DNA from: a virus
Lineage: Duplodnaviria > Caudoviricetes
Reading direction: 5' to 3' (one strand)
DNA length: 54,659 bases
IMG/VR virus record: IMGVR_UViG_3300033997_000276
Span: 1-54,659 of that record
The translations under genes were made by a program, and so were the position numbers. Shown piece after piece: positions 17,530 to 27,569 of the stretch (position 1 is its first letter; each line of letters starts with the position of its first letter). The notes beneath the pieces are model-generated. The model ran no database searches. It saw only the letters and a program-made list of their open reading frames with translations, and was not told where the DNA came from.

Positions 17530-18003
17530 TTAAGGCGTTGTTGATGCAGGGGTAAGTACAGGATCGCCAGAGACTTGAATGCCGATAGTACTTTTAACCA
17601 CATCGTTTTGCGCAAAGGCAAATGGGTAGGCCGTCATAAAGCCTTCAAAGGTGATCCATGTGCGACTAGTCGGTAAGACAAAAGCTTTACTGGTAACTGT
17701 TGGTGGAACATCTTTAGCATCTGACCAACCAAGCGCCCACTTAAGAGTGGTTCCAGCGGTTTTAAGCTGATGTAATCGCAAGTGTGCTTCGTGCTTTGGG
17801 TCTACGTTAATGCCAAATGTGGCCGCGCCAGGGGATTTTAAGCCAGCCATAAATTCACGGGCATCTGCTTCAAGCGGTGTGGTTTCAATGGAATCGACTG
17901 GGCTATCAATCCCGTCGATACTGGTGACGGCGATGATAGCTAAAACAGAATCATCTGCCGGATCTAGTGCATAGAGCTGGGTGCCCTGCGTTTTCATACT
18001 CAT
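17530..18003 (-). CDS. Major tail tube protein
   Basis: MKTQGTQLY..IETTPLE..GLKSPG..LKWALGWSD..LPTSRTWITFEG..IQVSG. Confidence 0.85.
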   Translation of the reverse strand: MSMKTQGTQLYALDPADDSVLAIIAVTSIDGIDSPVDSIETTPLEADAREFMAGLKSPGAATFGINVDPKHEAHLRLHQLKTAGTTLKWALGWSDAKDVPPTVTSKAFVLPTSRTWITFEGFMTAYPFAFAQNDVVKSTIGIQVSGDPVLTPASTTP

Positions 18004-18097
18004 GTTGTTGCTCCTAACAATAGCCTTGCGGCAGATACAAAAAAGCCCCTGAAGGTGCAGAGGCTTTTGGTTTTAAGTTGCGTTGTGGGTTTTACGG

Positions 18098-18466
18098 CTA
18101 ACGGGTGACTAGCCAATCAATATCAAAGCTGTGGCGGTAATTGCCGGTTTCTTTGTCTCGGTCATCACCGTTGTAATTGGTGGTATAGGCATCTAGCTCA
18201 ATGGCATAACGAATGGCATCACCCACCGCTGAGGCTGTGCTGCCGGAGTCGGCATATACATCTACCTGCAGGGTGAATGCATCGGTATCTGGTCTGCCGG
18301 CTAAATAGTTTTCAGGACTGCCGCCGATCACTTGCCAAACGGCATAGGGCTTTACTACGTCCTGCGGTGCTTGGCCGAAGGGGAATAGCCTTGTTGGGTT
18401 GGTGCCCAGTAGCGCGGTGACCTCTGGGCTATTGCTGCAAACCACAAAAATAGGCGCGATGCTCAT
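18098..18466 (-). CDS. Tail terminator (DUF3168-like)
   Basis: RLFPFGQAPQDVVKPYAVWQVIGGSPENYL..LQVDVYA. Confidence 0.8.
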   Translation of the reverse strand: MSIAPIFVVCSNSPEVTALLGTNPTRLFPFGQAPQDVVKPYAVWQVIGGSPENYLAGRPDTDAFTLQVDVYADSGSTASAVGDAIRYAIELDAYTTNYNGDDRDKETGNYRHSFDIDWLVTR

Positions 18467-18924
18467 GAAAGTGCCTTATCGAGTTCTTTTTCAAGCTCAG
18501 TAATCACTTTGTCGATCACTGGGTTAATGTTGTTGGCTAGCGCTGGGCGCATAAAAGGTTTTGCTTGTGTACGCTCGGTGCCGAGTTCAACCAAGTGCCA
18601 GTGTGGAGTGCTGCCTTTTGAGCCTTCATCTTCGTTTGGTGTTGGGATACGACCTCTTGGTGTCGTTACGCCAATTCGATACATAATGAGGCCGTCGCGT
18701 AAAAATTTGCGGCTACCAAACTGCAAAATAATGTTATCGCGGATCCGCCGCGCTGTTTTTGGATCGTCAATTTTTAGGGCGTTTTCTTGGGCAGCTTTTT
18801 TGACTAATTCGGCGGCTTGGCTGAGTGCGTGACGGGTGCCGTCATCCAGTATTGTTCTGGTCACTTTTGCCATTTTTTTTCGGACTTCTTTTAAGCCGAT
18901 TAGCTCAAATTTGATTGCTGCCAT
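18463..18924 (-). CDS. HK97 gp10-like neck protein
   Basis: WHLVELGTERTQAKPFMRPAL. Confidence 0.85.
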   Translation of the reverse strand: MAAIKFELIGLKEVRKKMAKVTRTILDDGTRHALSQAAELVKKAAQENALKIDDPKTARRIRDNIILQFGSRKFLRDGLIMYRIGVTTPRGRIPTPNEDEGSKGSTPHWHLVELGTERTQAKPFMRPALANNINPVIDKVITELEKELDKALS

Positions 18925-18926
18925 GG

Positions 18927-19163
18927 TTAACCTACTTTGCTTTGGCTGTTTAAGTACTCAACTGTGACGCGGCCGTAATGCGTTTTGCAGATCACTTTCT
19001 TTTTATGTTTATGGACTTTAAGTGGCTGAGGACAAAACACCACCTTGCCCTTTTTGGTATCGGCATAAATACAGTGGTCTACTTTTTTACCGTTTAAAAA
19101 CACCTCGATGGGTTTACCTATTTCACTGGTATTTTCAATGGTGAAAATGTGAGGTGTATTCAT
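18927..19163 (-). CDS. Hypothetical 78-aa insert in the neck module
   Basis: ATG 19163; flanked by CATGGTTAA direct repeats. Confidence 0.55.
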   Translation of the reverse strand: MNTPHIFTIENTSEIGKPIEVFLNGKKVDHCIYADTKKGKVVFCPQPLKVHKHKKKVICKTHYGRVTVEYLNSQSKVG

Positions 19164-19165
19164 GG

Positions 19166-19528
19166 TTAAATGCCCTGATTCACGCCATCTTTGCAGCGTA
19201 AGCGCCACTCTTGACGGCCTGTTAAGTCTGTTTCTATCGAGTGAATATCGTAAGTTCTGCCGTCCCATAAAATTCGGCATTGGTAAAACAAGCTGAGATC
19301 AATTGGAAACCATCTAAGGTTGATTCTGGCGCTGGTTTCAGCTTGTTTTGCATCTGCTGCATAAAATTCACGCCCAGCCCCTGTTAATACCTCGGCGGCA
19401 ACCTTATCAAGCGGCTTAGTACCTAAGGTGAGGGTTTGCCACGATATTGAAACTGCACCTGTGAGCGGGTCTTGCTGCTTTACTGGCTGTTGCAGGTGGA
19501 TTCGATGGCGTAAACGATAGGCGAGCAT
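19166..19528 (-). CDS. Head closure / head-tail adaptor
   Basis: LRHRIHLQQP..GREFYAA..RILWDGRTYDIHSI. Confidence 0.85.
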   Translation of the reverse strand: MLAYRLRHRIHLQQPVKQQDPLTGAVSISWQTLTLGTKPLDKVAAEVLTGAGREFYAADAKQAETSARINLRWFPIDLSLFYQCRILWDGRTYDIHSIETDLTGRQEWRLRCKDGVNQGI

Positions 19529-19824
19529 TAAATCCCCCAGCCAATACGATAAGGTGTTAACTTGATTTCAGCGGCATTGCGCAGTTTAAGCGCGTCATCA
19601 GGTGACGCTTGATAACTCGATTGCAGCAATATCATTACGCCAGTGATGACGCTTGCAGGTAGTTTGCCCGTTGATTCATCAATCAAAGCGTTTAGGGATT
19701 CCATTCCCAAATATTGGCTTGCTTCGTCCTCTGCCCCATCAAGCAGCAGCTGCAAACTTGCATCATCTTCATCGTGAAACACATTTAGATTTTGCTTTGC
19801 TTGTTCTAGGGTGATGATACTCAC
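19528..19824 (-). CDS. Head-tail connector (HK97 gp6-like)
   Basis: ITLEQAKQNLNV..DDASLQLLLDGAE..LTPYR. Confidence 0.85.
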   Translation of the reverse strand: MSIITLEQAKQNLNVFHDEDDASLQLLLDGAEDEASQYLGMESLNALIDESTGKLPASVITGVMILLQSSYQASPDDALKLRNAAEIKLTPYRIGWGI

Positions 19825-19845
19825 AGAGGACTCCTGTACTACTGA

Positions 19846-20136
19846 TTACGCTTTGACTTTTTTGGCTGCGGCTGTAGCAGCCTTAGCATCTACTTCTTCT
19901 TTTTCCTTTGCTTCAGCTTCAGCAGCCTTAGCATCTACTTCTTCTTTTTCCTTTGCTTCAGCTTCAGCAGCATTAACGTCTGCTTCAGTTGCTTCTTCTG
20001 GTGCGCGAGCAACTAAGCCATTGTGTTTTAGCTCGTTAAAGTGATGTTCATCTACTTCAAACGGTTTTGATGAAGTGGTTTTTACTTCGGTGTCCAAGTA
20101 AAAAGATTTGAGTGCAATGGCGAGTATTTTAGCCAT
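19846..20136 (-). CDS. Small head-associated hypothetical protein with a 2 x 45-bp repeat
   Basis: Follows the capsid gene; EAEAKEKEEVDAKAA duplicated (19876..19965). Confidence 0.65.
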   Translation of the reverse strand: MAKILAIALKSFYLDTEVKTTSSKPFEVDEHHFNELKHNGLVARAPEEATEADVNAAEAEAKEKEEVDAKAAEAEAKEKEEVDAKAATAAAKKVKA

Positions 20137-20159
20137 GGTAATTCTCCAAGAGTTATGCC

Positions 20160-20200
20160 ACTAAAGCTAAAGGCCGAATTTCGGCCTTTAGTGCTTTAGT
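20160..20200. terminator. Long hairpin after the major capsid gene
   Basis: CTAAAGGCCGAA-T-TTCGGCCTTTAG core with ACTAAAGC/GCTTTAGT extension. Confidence 0.65.
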
Positions 20201-20215
20201 TATCAGTTAACTGAT

Positions 20216-21406
20216 TTAAGCAAAGGTAAAGTTGCCAGTGACAAAAGCTTCTGGACGGTATACAGCGAGCGCTAAACGCTCTTCTGCACGGATACTGACC
20301 ATGTTGTTTTCAAAGTCTTTGTCGTTCTCGGTAGAGATTAAAACTTCGATATCCATGCGGTCATAAATCTGTGCGCCCATTTGGAAGGCACCGACTAAAA
20401 ACTCGTTTTGCACGATTGATTGGGTTTCAACTACTGGGCGGTTCCACAGTGTTGGGCTAGTCTGCCCTTGCGGCTTGCCGATCAAGTAGTTTTTGTTGCT
20501 GTCCTTCAGCGTTTCAATCACCGCCCAATCAATTGGATTTAGAACGATACCATCAGCGGCATATTCGGCTAATGCCGCTTGCAGTAACGCTAAGCGAATG
20601 CGGTCAATATGCTGCTCGGTATCAACCGTTGCGCCAGTTGGTTTAACGTAAGCACTTGCCTGAGGAATAATACCGTGCAAATTGGCGCCAGTGTTGTTGC
20701 CGTATAACAGCTGGGTTTCTTCTTTAAGCATTAAGCCGTAACGTGCACGGGCATTGATAAAGCTTTGCAGTTGTTTTGCGTCATCCAAAATCTGGCGGCT
20801 GGCTTTAAACAAATGCGCAATAGTACGCACACCTGCACTGACTAGGCCAAATGTGATTTCAGAGTAAGGCTTAGCTGCACCTTCAGCTACAGGTGCTGCA
20901 TTATTGGTAAAGCCTGTCTCTTTAACGTATTCAATGCTGTTGCTCTCGGTTTCACCTGGAGCAATTAGGTCACGAATGGTTAAACGGCGCTCTGGACCTG
21001 CAACAATTCCAGCCATACGATCTGGACGAACTAAACCAGCACCTGAACCAGTGGCAGAGGTGATTGCCGAACGCGGCATAGCGACGCGACGGCTGCCACG
21101 GAATGAGCTGTTAACGCCTTCCATTTCCTTGTCGTTAACCACACGCTCACCGATTGACTGTTCGCGCTCTTGTTGGTTGCTTTGGGCGCCTTTTAGCAGC
21201 TTTTGCTCTGCTTCTTGCAAGCGAGCTTGCATAGCGCCTTGTTCTAACAACAGCTTATCGACCTTATCACGGGTTTCGGCATGCATTTCACCAGAAGCCT
21301 TGATCTGCTTGTTGGTTTCTTCTGCAGCGGCTTTAATTTGATCACCAATCTTGGTTAGATTGGCACCTAATTCTTCTACTTGCTTTTCAAAATTTGGGTT
21401 TGGCAT
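20216..21406 (-). CDS. Major capsid protein, HK97 fold with delta domain
   Basis: RRLTIRDLI, VAEGAAKP, TIAHLFKASRQILDDA, IRAEERLALAVYRPEAFV. Confidence 0.95.
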   Translation of the reverse strand: MPNPNFEKQVEELGANLTKIGDQIKAAAEETNKQIKASGEMHAETRDKVDKLLLEQGAMQARLQEAEQKLLKGAQSNQQEREQSIGERVVNDKEMEGVNSSFRGSRRVAMPRSAITSATGSGAGLVRPDRMAGIVAGPERRLTIRDLIAPGETESNSIEYVKETGFTNNAAPVAEGAAKPYSEITFGLVSAGVRTIAHLFKASRQILDDAKQLQSFINARARYGLMLKEETQLLYGNNTGANLHGIIPQASAYVKPTGATVDTEQHIDRIRLALLQAALAEYAADGIVLNPIDWAVIETLKDSNKNYLIGKPQGQTSPTLWNRPVVETQSIVQNEFLVGAFQMGAQIYDRMDIEVLISTENDKDFENNMVSIRAEERLALAVYRPEAFVTGNFTFA

Positions 21407-21418
21407 AGTCGCCTCCAG

Positions 21419-22273
21419 TTATTTAGACAAAATGTTTTTTGATGCGTTGATTAGCGCGGTTAGATCGGGGGCGATAGCGTTTTGCGTATCGGACACATCA
21501 GCATTTAGCGTGATGCCGCCAGCAGCGCTCGGCGTACTGGACTTTAAATCTTGAAGTAGTTGACGGCGTTCACTGCGCGGTACGCCAGCCTTTGCCATGG
21601 CCGCATCCACTTTACGCAGTGAGTTAGCGTTAGTGTTTTCGGTGGCTTCACCAATTTCATCGGCTGATAAAGTGTCAGCAGCAAAGCCAAGCTCTACGGC
21701 TTTTTTGCCACGGATAAAGGTTTCTTCATCCATCATGGTGGCAATGGATTTTTCGCTCTGTCCACTGCCTTCAACATACAAATCGACCATGGCAGAATCG
21801 AATTCTTCCATATCGTCGGCGATGTTACGTAGGGCGTGGCGATTACCGATGGCAAATACCCAGCAGTTGTGGATCATCAGAAAGGCAGAGCTAGCAACAA
21901 ATCGCGCATCATCCTCGCCAGCCATATAAATGACTGAGGCAGCAGAGGCTGCAAGGCCAAGTACTTTAGTGGTGACTTTGCCTTTGTGTTCGCGCAGACG
22001 GTTATAGATAGCGATACCTTCGAACATATCTCCGCCTGGGGAATTGATATAAACGGTGACGTCTTTTTCATTACCTATGCTGCGTAAAGCTGCATCGATA
22101 CGCTTTAGCGTGACGCCTTCGCCGTACCAATCTTCTCCAATGATGCCGTAAACAGTAATGGTTGATTCGGTGTTTTCTACCGCGGCTTTAATCGCTGGGT
22201 TCCACAGCTCTTGCGCGCGCGGAGAAATATCGCAGCGCACTCCGCTCTGCGAGAAGCTTTTTGGAAATGGCAT
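21419..22273 (-). CDS. ClpP-type prohead protease
   Basis: VYINSPGGDMFEG, GLAASAASVI, FLMIHN. Confidence 0.92.
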   Translation of the reverse strand: MPFPKSFSQSGVRCDISPRAQELWNPAIKAAVENTESTITVYGIIGEDWYGEGVTLKRIDAALRSIGNEKDVTVYINSPGGDMFEGIAIYNRLREHKGKVTTKVLGLAASAASVIYMAGEDDARFVASSAFLMIHNCWVFAIGNRHALRNIADDMEEFDSAMVDLYVEGSGQSEKSIATMMDEETFIRGKKAVELGFAADTLSADEIGEATENTNANSLRKVDAAMAKAGVPRSERRQLLQDLKSSTPSAAGGITLNADVSDTQNAIAPDLTALINASKNILSK

Positions 22274-22282
22274 GGTTTACCC

Positions 22283-23581
22283 CTAGTTATCTTGATTGAG
22301 CCAGTTGTTTAGTACGGCTTGGACTTTTGCAGATTCTGATTGAGCACCCAGCTGATCAATGGGGGCTAAGTTGGTTTGAACGGTTAAGACATCGGCATTA
22401 CCACCGCGGCGCGGTAAGTTCTCTTTAACCCGGCAATCATCACGGGTGTAGATGCCGTTTTGAGTCATTTTGCTGTAGAACTCTGCGCGTGAAGCACTAT
22501 CGCCCCGTAGTAACGCCTCAAGGTTATATTGTGCGTACTGAGTTTGTCGCTGGGCTGGCGTAAGCAGATTAATAGAGATTGATTGCTCGATGCGGCGGAT
22601 CCAAGACGATAAAGTTAATGTGACAAAGCCGATCATCTTTTGCTCAAGCCCAGTCCCCCAATTGCTGTCTTTACCGCCAAAGCCGATGAGTGACGGATCC
22701 ACCAAAAACCAGCGGCAAATCTCTTCTACGCTGTAGTTTCGTGACTCGAGTAACTGGGCATCAATTGGGTTGATACCGATTAACTCAGGGGTGATGCCTT
22801 GCTCAAGTACGGGTGATTTTCCAGCATTCATTGCGCCAGTAATCGTTTTTACATATTCGCGAAATTCTTCACGCTGAGGTTTTGTCATTACGCGATCAAC
22901 TTTGAAAGCGACTGTTTTTGTCATGCCGTTTTTAAAGGTACTTGCGCTCACATCCTCGGCCGACATAGCACCACCAAACACATTGGCACCGTAAGATATG
23001 GTAGATAAACCAATCAACCCATCCAACGAGAATGCAGGAATGTGCATCATGTTTTGCTTTTTGATTTGACGGCGCGATCCGTTTCTTGGCGTGTACCAGT
23101 AGATCAAGCTACCGCTATCATCCAAGTCGATATCCATGCGGTGCGGCATAAGAAAATCGAGGGCGATAATCTCGCCGCCAGAGCGGTGGATCTCAATAAA
23201 CGCATTTCCTTTAAGTAGCAATGATGCGAGTACTGCCTCCCAAAACTGCATGGCAGTCATATCTGCATTGGGCTTAATGCTTAATACAGTAGAAAGACTG
23301 TTTTGAACTTGGATCCGGCCACCATCACTTTGGCGCTCGTACAAGCCTAGCGGCAGCATTGCAACAGTTTCTGAAATGCGGCGTACACAGGCCCATACTG
23401 CAGCAAGCTGCATAGCAGTATTCACATTGACTGTTTTTCCGCTTTTAGACGTTGCCATCAATTGCGACCAAAAATCACCGTCTGTTAGCCTTAAGGTTTT
23501 ACCCATAAAGCTGTCGAGTGACGCAAACGGCTGACTTGCTGCTTTAGCAATAACCAAAGCAAGTGAGTTTTTTTGTTTCAC
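22283..23581 (-). CDS. Portal protein, HK97 family
   Basis: AVWACVRRISETVAMLPL, DAQLLESR, SNWGTGLEQ, LLRGD. Confidence 0.95.
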   Translation of the reverse strand: MKQKNSLALVIAKAASQPFASLDSFMGKTLRLTDGDFWSQLMATSKSGKTVNVNTAMQLAAVWACVRRISETVAMLPLGLYERQSDGGRIQVQNSLSTVLSIKPNADMTAMQFWEAVLASLLLKGNAFIEIHRSGGEIIALDFLMPHRMDIDLDDSGSLIYWYTPRNGSRRQIKKQNMMHIPAFSLDGLIGLSTISYGANVFGGAMSAEDVSASTFKNGMTKTVAFKVDRVMTKPQREEFREYVKTITGAMNAGKSPVLEQGITPELIGINPIDAQLLESRNYSVEEICRWFLVDPSLIGFGGKDSNWGTGLEQKMIGFVTLTLSSWIRRIEQSISINLLTPAQRQTQYAQYNLEALLRGDSASRAEFYSKMTQNGIYTRDDCRVKENLPRRGGNADVLTVQTNLAPIDQLGAQSESAKVQAVLNNWLNQDN

Positions 23582-23739
23582 GCTGTCATTCCTTTACGTA
23601 AAAATGAAGCGCCTGCAAACGATAGGATCGAACCAGATAACAGCGACCAACCAAGTCCAAACAGGATATAAACACCAGCGACAGCCATTAACGAACCTGT
23701 TAGTGCCAGGAAGATGAATAGAGCAAGTGGTGTATTCAT
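23578..23739 (-). CDS. Small membrane protein (53 aa) between terL and portal
   Basis: MNTPLALFIFLALTGSLMAVAGVYILFGLGWSLL..; TAATG and GTGA overlaps with its neighbours; too short for the ORF track. Confidence 0.65.
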   Translation of the reverse strand: MNTPLALFIFLALTGSLMAVAGVYILFGLGWSLLSGSILSFAGASFLRKGMTA

Positions 23740-25484
23740 TAGTAAATTGGGTCCTTAATTGCTGCTAGCCAATCTTCGGTATCATCGACGCCATCAGACT
23801 CTAATGCCGTTCCCACCGCCATAGCGGCGGCGACTACGCCGTCGATACGACCTGTGGATTTTTTCTTGGTAAAAATTCGGTTGTCTTTGGCGTCGGCCTC
23901 AAGCACGGCGCTTGCGGCGTTCCACCTTAGGCATGGGTTAGTTTTGATTCTGATCTCTTTACTGGTGATCAGCTTTTCAAATAGCTCAATTGAGCGCGGC
24001 ATCCAGAGGTTTGACTCTGACGCTTTGTAGTAACCTTGCCCGTGCTTAACCAGCGGGATAAATACGTTTGCCTCGGCGAGTTCTGGCTCGAGGTAGTGGA
24101 TCCGGTATTGGTCGAAGCCGATACTTTTTATCTCAAACAGTGCGGATATCTCGGCAATTCGTTCTGCCACAAAGCTGTAGTCAACTGCATGCCCGGGTGG
24201 CGCATGGATAAAACCTTGCCTGAGCCATGCTGAGTACGGCACGTTATCGGTGCGCTCGCGATCCAGTAACGTGTCTTTTGGCGTCCAAAAATCGACTAAC
24301 AACGTTTTGACTCGCGGGAAGTACAGCGCCAAAGCGGTTAAGTCGCGGGTACCGGATAAGTCGAGCCCACCGTAGCATTCTTCGCCGTAGAGCTCGCTGA
24401 TATCAAAATCATCTTCGCAATCCATCCACGTGTCGGCGGATAGCCAAGGTGAGGCACTATCTACCCACTGGCAGAAGTTTAAGCGGCGTACAATGCTCTC
24501 TTTGGCTGGCATGCCCTTGGCTTGGGTGACCTGTTCACGCAGGTATTTATGCGTGAAGGTGTGCCCAAGGGATGGGTTAGCTTTTTGCCAGCAACTTTCG
24601 TCATTAATCGGGTCGTCACCTTCATCGAGCGAACAGATAAAGGCGAAGAAGGAATCATCTTCTTTGGTACCCGCGCAAATGGCTTTGCCGTATTCGTGGT
24701 ACGAGTAACAAACGCTGGTGCGGTCGTGGCCTGAGTTGGTGATCATGAAGATCAACGCTTGCTTGCGGCCTTTGGTACCCGCACGCATCATCTCGACGAC
24801 GTTGTTGTTTTTGTGTTCGTGTACTTCGTCAATCAGCGCCATGTGTGGACGCGGCCCTGATTGGCCGTTGTCGGAGCTGATTGGTCTAAAAAATGAGTTT
24901 TTAGCGAGATAGGCAAGGTTCCAAACGCTTTGCCCGGTACCCGATTTTTTTAATCTTGAGCTTAACTGCGGCGATTGGTTAACCATGGAAACCGCGTCGC
25001 GGAATAAGATCATCGCCTGATCTTTTTTCGTAGCAGCTGCGAAAATCTCCGCGCTGGCCTCACCATCTGCTACTAAACCATAAAGTCCGATACCTGCGGC
25101 TAACGGGGATTTGCCAGATCCTTTGCCACTTTCGACATAGCACATGCGGAAACGGCGGGTACCGTCTGCATCCTTCCAGCCAAATAGCGAGCCGACAATA
25201 AATGCTTGCCAATCGAGCAGATTGAATGGCTTGCCTTCGTGATCACCACCACTTAAGCGCAATACTTTTGGGAAAAAGCTGATTGCGCGGTTGGCGGCGG
25301 CTAAATCCCAAGTAAGACCACGTTCTTGGCCTGTTTCTAAGTCTTTTAAATGCCGCTTACAGGCGTTGCGGATATCGGGGCCTGCGAGGAATTCCCCTGA
25401 TGCGACTTGTTTTGCCCAACGAGTGACGCGATCTTCTATATCAGCCGAAGAACTCGTCGATGTCGTCTTTTTTCTTGTCGCCAT
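23739..25484 (-). CDS. terL: Terminase large subunit
   Basis: Walker A GKGSGKS, Walker B LIDEVHE, nuclease GGLDLS..RIDG. Confidence 0.95.
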   Translation of the reverse strand: MATRKKTTSTSSSADIEDRVTRWAKQVASGEFLAGPDIRNACKRHLKDLETGQERGLTWDLAAANRAISFFPKVLRLSGGDHEGKPFNLLDWQAFIVGSLFGWKDADGTRRFRMCYVESGKGSGKSPLAAGIGLYGLVADGEASAEIFAAATKKDQAMILFRDAVSMVNQSPQLSSRLKKSGTGQSVWNLAYLAKNSFFRPISSDNGQSGPRPHMALIDEVHEHKNNNVVEMMRAGTKGRKQALIFMITNSGHDRTSVCYSYHEYGKAICAGTKEDDSFFAFICSLDEGDDPINDESCWQKANPSLGHTFTHKYLREQVTQAKGMPAKESIVRRLNFCQWVDSASPWLSADTWMDCEDDFDISELYGEECYGGLDLSGTRDLTALALYFPRVKTLLVDFWTPKDTLLDRERTDNVPYSAWLRQGFIHAPPGHAVDYSFVAERIAEISALFEIKSIGFDQYRIHYLEPELAEANVFIPLVKHGQGYYKASESNLWMPRSIELFEKLITSKEIRIKTNPCLRWNAASAVLEADAKDNRIFTKKKSTGRIDGVVAAAMAVGTALESDGVDDTEDWLAAIKDPIY

Positions 25485-25953
25485 CAGTTACCTGTACTTT
25501 GCTACGGGCCGATGGAGTTAGCCCAAATTCTACGAGATAGGCCTTAAATCGCCTGTCGGCATCGGCCAGCATTTGCACTGCTGGGTTTGCCTTCATTAGC
25601 ATTTGCTCGACTTGAGTGGTTTCGCGGGTATCTTCGTCGAAGTTTTCGCCGATGATTTTGATGCTTTGGTAAGTTCGGCCGTTTTGTTTTATTTCGTCCC
25701 TCAGGTCGAGGATTTCTGAGTAGACGTCGCATAACCGCTCAAGCGCCATACCGTCGGCCAGTGTGAGCACGCCCATGTCTTTAAGCAGTTTTGTTAGCTT
25801 TTTCCATGCTGCTTTTGCTCTTGGGCTGAGATAAGCCGGCATTCGCGGGATCCCCGCTTCTAGCTTTGGCTCTTTTTTATTGAGCGGCCTTTTACCGGGG
25901 TTGCCTGTAACGAGCTTGAGCGCGGTTGGCGTGGTTTTTCGTCCTACTGCCAC
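25441..25953 (-). CDS. terS: Terminase small subunit (P27 family)
   Basis: GRKTTPTALKLVTGNPGKR..ANPAV..EFGLTPSARS. Confidence 0.92.
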   Translation of the reverse strand: MAVGRKTTPTALKLVTGNPGKRPLNKKEPKLEAGIPRMPAYLSPRAKAAWKKLTKLLKDMGVLTLADGMALERLCDVYSEILDLRDEIKQNGRTYQSIKIIGENFDEDTRETTQVEQMLMKANPAVQMLADADRRFKAYLVEFGLTPSARSKVQVTDGDKKKDDIDEFFG

Positions 25954-25964
25954 GTTTTACCTCG

Positions 25965-26294
25965 CTATTTATTCCAATGGTGATTTGGGTCTGTTGGCTT
26001 GCCGCTTTCGTCTGCGCCAAGCTTTACCCCTCTGCTCTCCATTATTTTTTTGGTGCTATCGTGGCAAGGCTTGCACAGCGGTTGCCAGTTGTTGGTGTCC
26101 CAAAATAGGGTTGTGTCGCCTTTGTGTGGGATCTTGTGGTCCACTACTGTTGCGGCGGTGATAATGCCTTTTTGCTCGCAGAAGCAGCACAGCGGATTGC
26201 GCTTTAAGAAGGTTTCACGGGCTTTTTGCCAGCGTCCACCGTAACCACGCTCGGCGGTTTTGCGTTTGTCATCGCGCCAGCTTGGTTGGCTCAT
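25965..26294 (-). CDS. HNH endonuclease, terminase cofactor (HK97 gp74-like)
   Basis: RGYGGRWQKAR..PLCCFC..VVDHKIPHKGD..NWQPLCKPCH; adjacent to terS. Confidence 0.9.
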   Translation of the reverse strand: MSQPSWRDDKRKTAERGYGGRWQKARETFLKRNPLCCFCEQKGIITAATVVDHKIPHKGDTTLFWDTNNWQPLCKPCHDSTKKIMESRGVKLGADESGKPTDPNHHWNK

Positions 26295-26653
26295 AGTTCA
26301 CCGGAGCCGTCCAGATAGAGTGAAGATCCATCTTGCTGTTCGTCTTCGGTAGCCATCATCTGATCGACAATATCCAGATTACTGTTAACCAGTTGGCTAA
26401 TTGCATTGGTTTGGGCGGTAATGGCAGCTGTTAGCGCTTGCATCGACTCAATTAAATCGTCTTGCTTACTTTGCTTGATAACTGGCGGCTTGGTTTTACC
26501 CTGAAATGTTGGGTATGCGGCGTTTATTGCAGTCACTTCAACCCAATCAGCAGGAACCAGTGGCACTAATTTTGTTTGACCATTGACAATATCAGACTCG
26601 ACAGCAGGCACAGAAACGATGGCGCCATTGAAGATAACTACGACTTTATTCAT
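26291..26653 (-). CDS. Hypothetical protein
   Basis: Overlaps both neighbours in the late operon. Confidence 0.55.
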   Translation of the reverse strand: MNKVVVIFNGAIVSVPAVESDIVNGQTKLVPLVPADWVEVTAINAAYPTFQGKTKPPVIKQSKQDDLIESMQALTAAITAQTNAISQLVNSNLDIVDQMMATEDEQQDGSSLYLDGSGEL

Positions 26654-26915
26654 TGCTATCGTCCATATTGATTACGTTTAGGTTGCCAGCTTTTATCGCA
26701 GCCATTCTGGCTTCGTGAAATTCGCGGTTTTGCCGTTTCTTTTCTCTTGAGAGGCGATATTGAACAACGAATAAAACGATTGTTGATGCGATACCGAGCA
26801 ATAACGCAATCTTATCTAGTGATAGAAAACCGCCAATTGCCGTAGAGATTGAAGCGATATAGCTCCCAGTTGTCGTTGCTTTATCCATAATTGGCGCCAA
26901 GGGTTTGATATTCAT
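26646..26915 (-). CDS. Probable holin/pinholin
   Basis: MDKATTTGSY resembles the phage-21 S start; two hydrophobic segments and a basic C-tail; possible dual start at M1/M10. Confidence 0.65.
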   Translation of the reverse strand: MNIKPLAPIMDKATTTGSYIASISTAIGGFLSLDKIALLLGIASTIVLFVVQYRLSREKKRQNREFHEARMAAIKAGNLNVINMDDSNE

Positions 26916-26928
26916 TGTTAGCCTCCGA

Positions 26929-27216
26929 TCACTCGGCAGACAGTTTCGACTTTTGCTCGTTAATCCAATTCTCTAGCGATAACCAATCGAGATCGCATAG
27001 AGAAATCACTTTCATCAACGAGTTGGTGTATTCAGAAAGATCTTGGTTTTTCTTGCTGGAATACGGCGGAACGATGCACTGACTGATCAGTTCCTTGGGA
27101 GGAAAAACATACTGAATCTTGGTTACGGTAACGGTTCGAACATCTGGCGGACTGCTCGAGCACGCTGTTAACAGCATCAGGGATATCAGTAGCGCCCCAA
27201 GTAAGCGTTTTTTCAT
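26929..27216 (-). CDS. Rz1: o-spanin lipoprotein
   Basis: Lipobox LLTA-C; overlaps Rz in a different frame; PPKELISQC..P. Confidence 0.85.
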   Translation of the reverse strand: MKKRLLGALLISLMLLTACSSSPPDVRTVTVTKIQYVFPPKELISQCIVPPYSSKKNQDLSEYTNSLMKVISLCDLDWLSLENWINEQKSKLSAE

Positions 27217-27556
27217 CGCTGGACCTTTCGAATACCTGAGTTAACTCTTTGGTTGATTGCTCGAACTCGCGCTTAATCTCGTTTCGTGACCGTTCACGAT
27301 CGCTCAAGGCCTTTGCTAGCAATGCAAGATTGCCTAGCAAGGTTTGTTTGTCTTTTTCTGCCGATTCAAGTGATGAGGTGACAGATGATAAATTTTTTTG
27401 CAGCTCTGAACGGGAAAGCTCCGATTTATCCAAATTTGCATTTAATAGCGCTATTTGGCCCTTATTGATCACAAAAAATGCCGTGAATACGCCTATCAAA
27501 ACAATCAGCAAAACGATAAGTAACGCAATGATTTTACTTGATATTGTCGAGAGCAC
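27032..27556 (-). CDS. Rz: i-spanin
   Basis: N-terminal TM segment, coiled coil, WGATDIPDAV. Confidence 0.8.
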   Translation of the reverse strand: MLSTISSKIIALLIVLLIVLIGVFTAFFVINKGQIALLNANLDKSELSRSELQKNLSSVTSSLESAEKDKQTLLGNLALLAKALSDRERSRNEIKREFEQSTKELTQVFERSSDEKTLTWGATDIPDAVNSVLEQSARCSNRYRNQDSVCFSSQGTDQSVHRSAVFQQEKPRSF

Positions 27557-27569
27557 TTTTATCGCCTAA

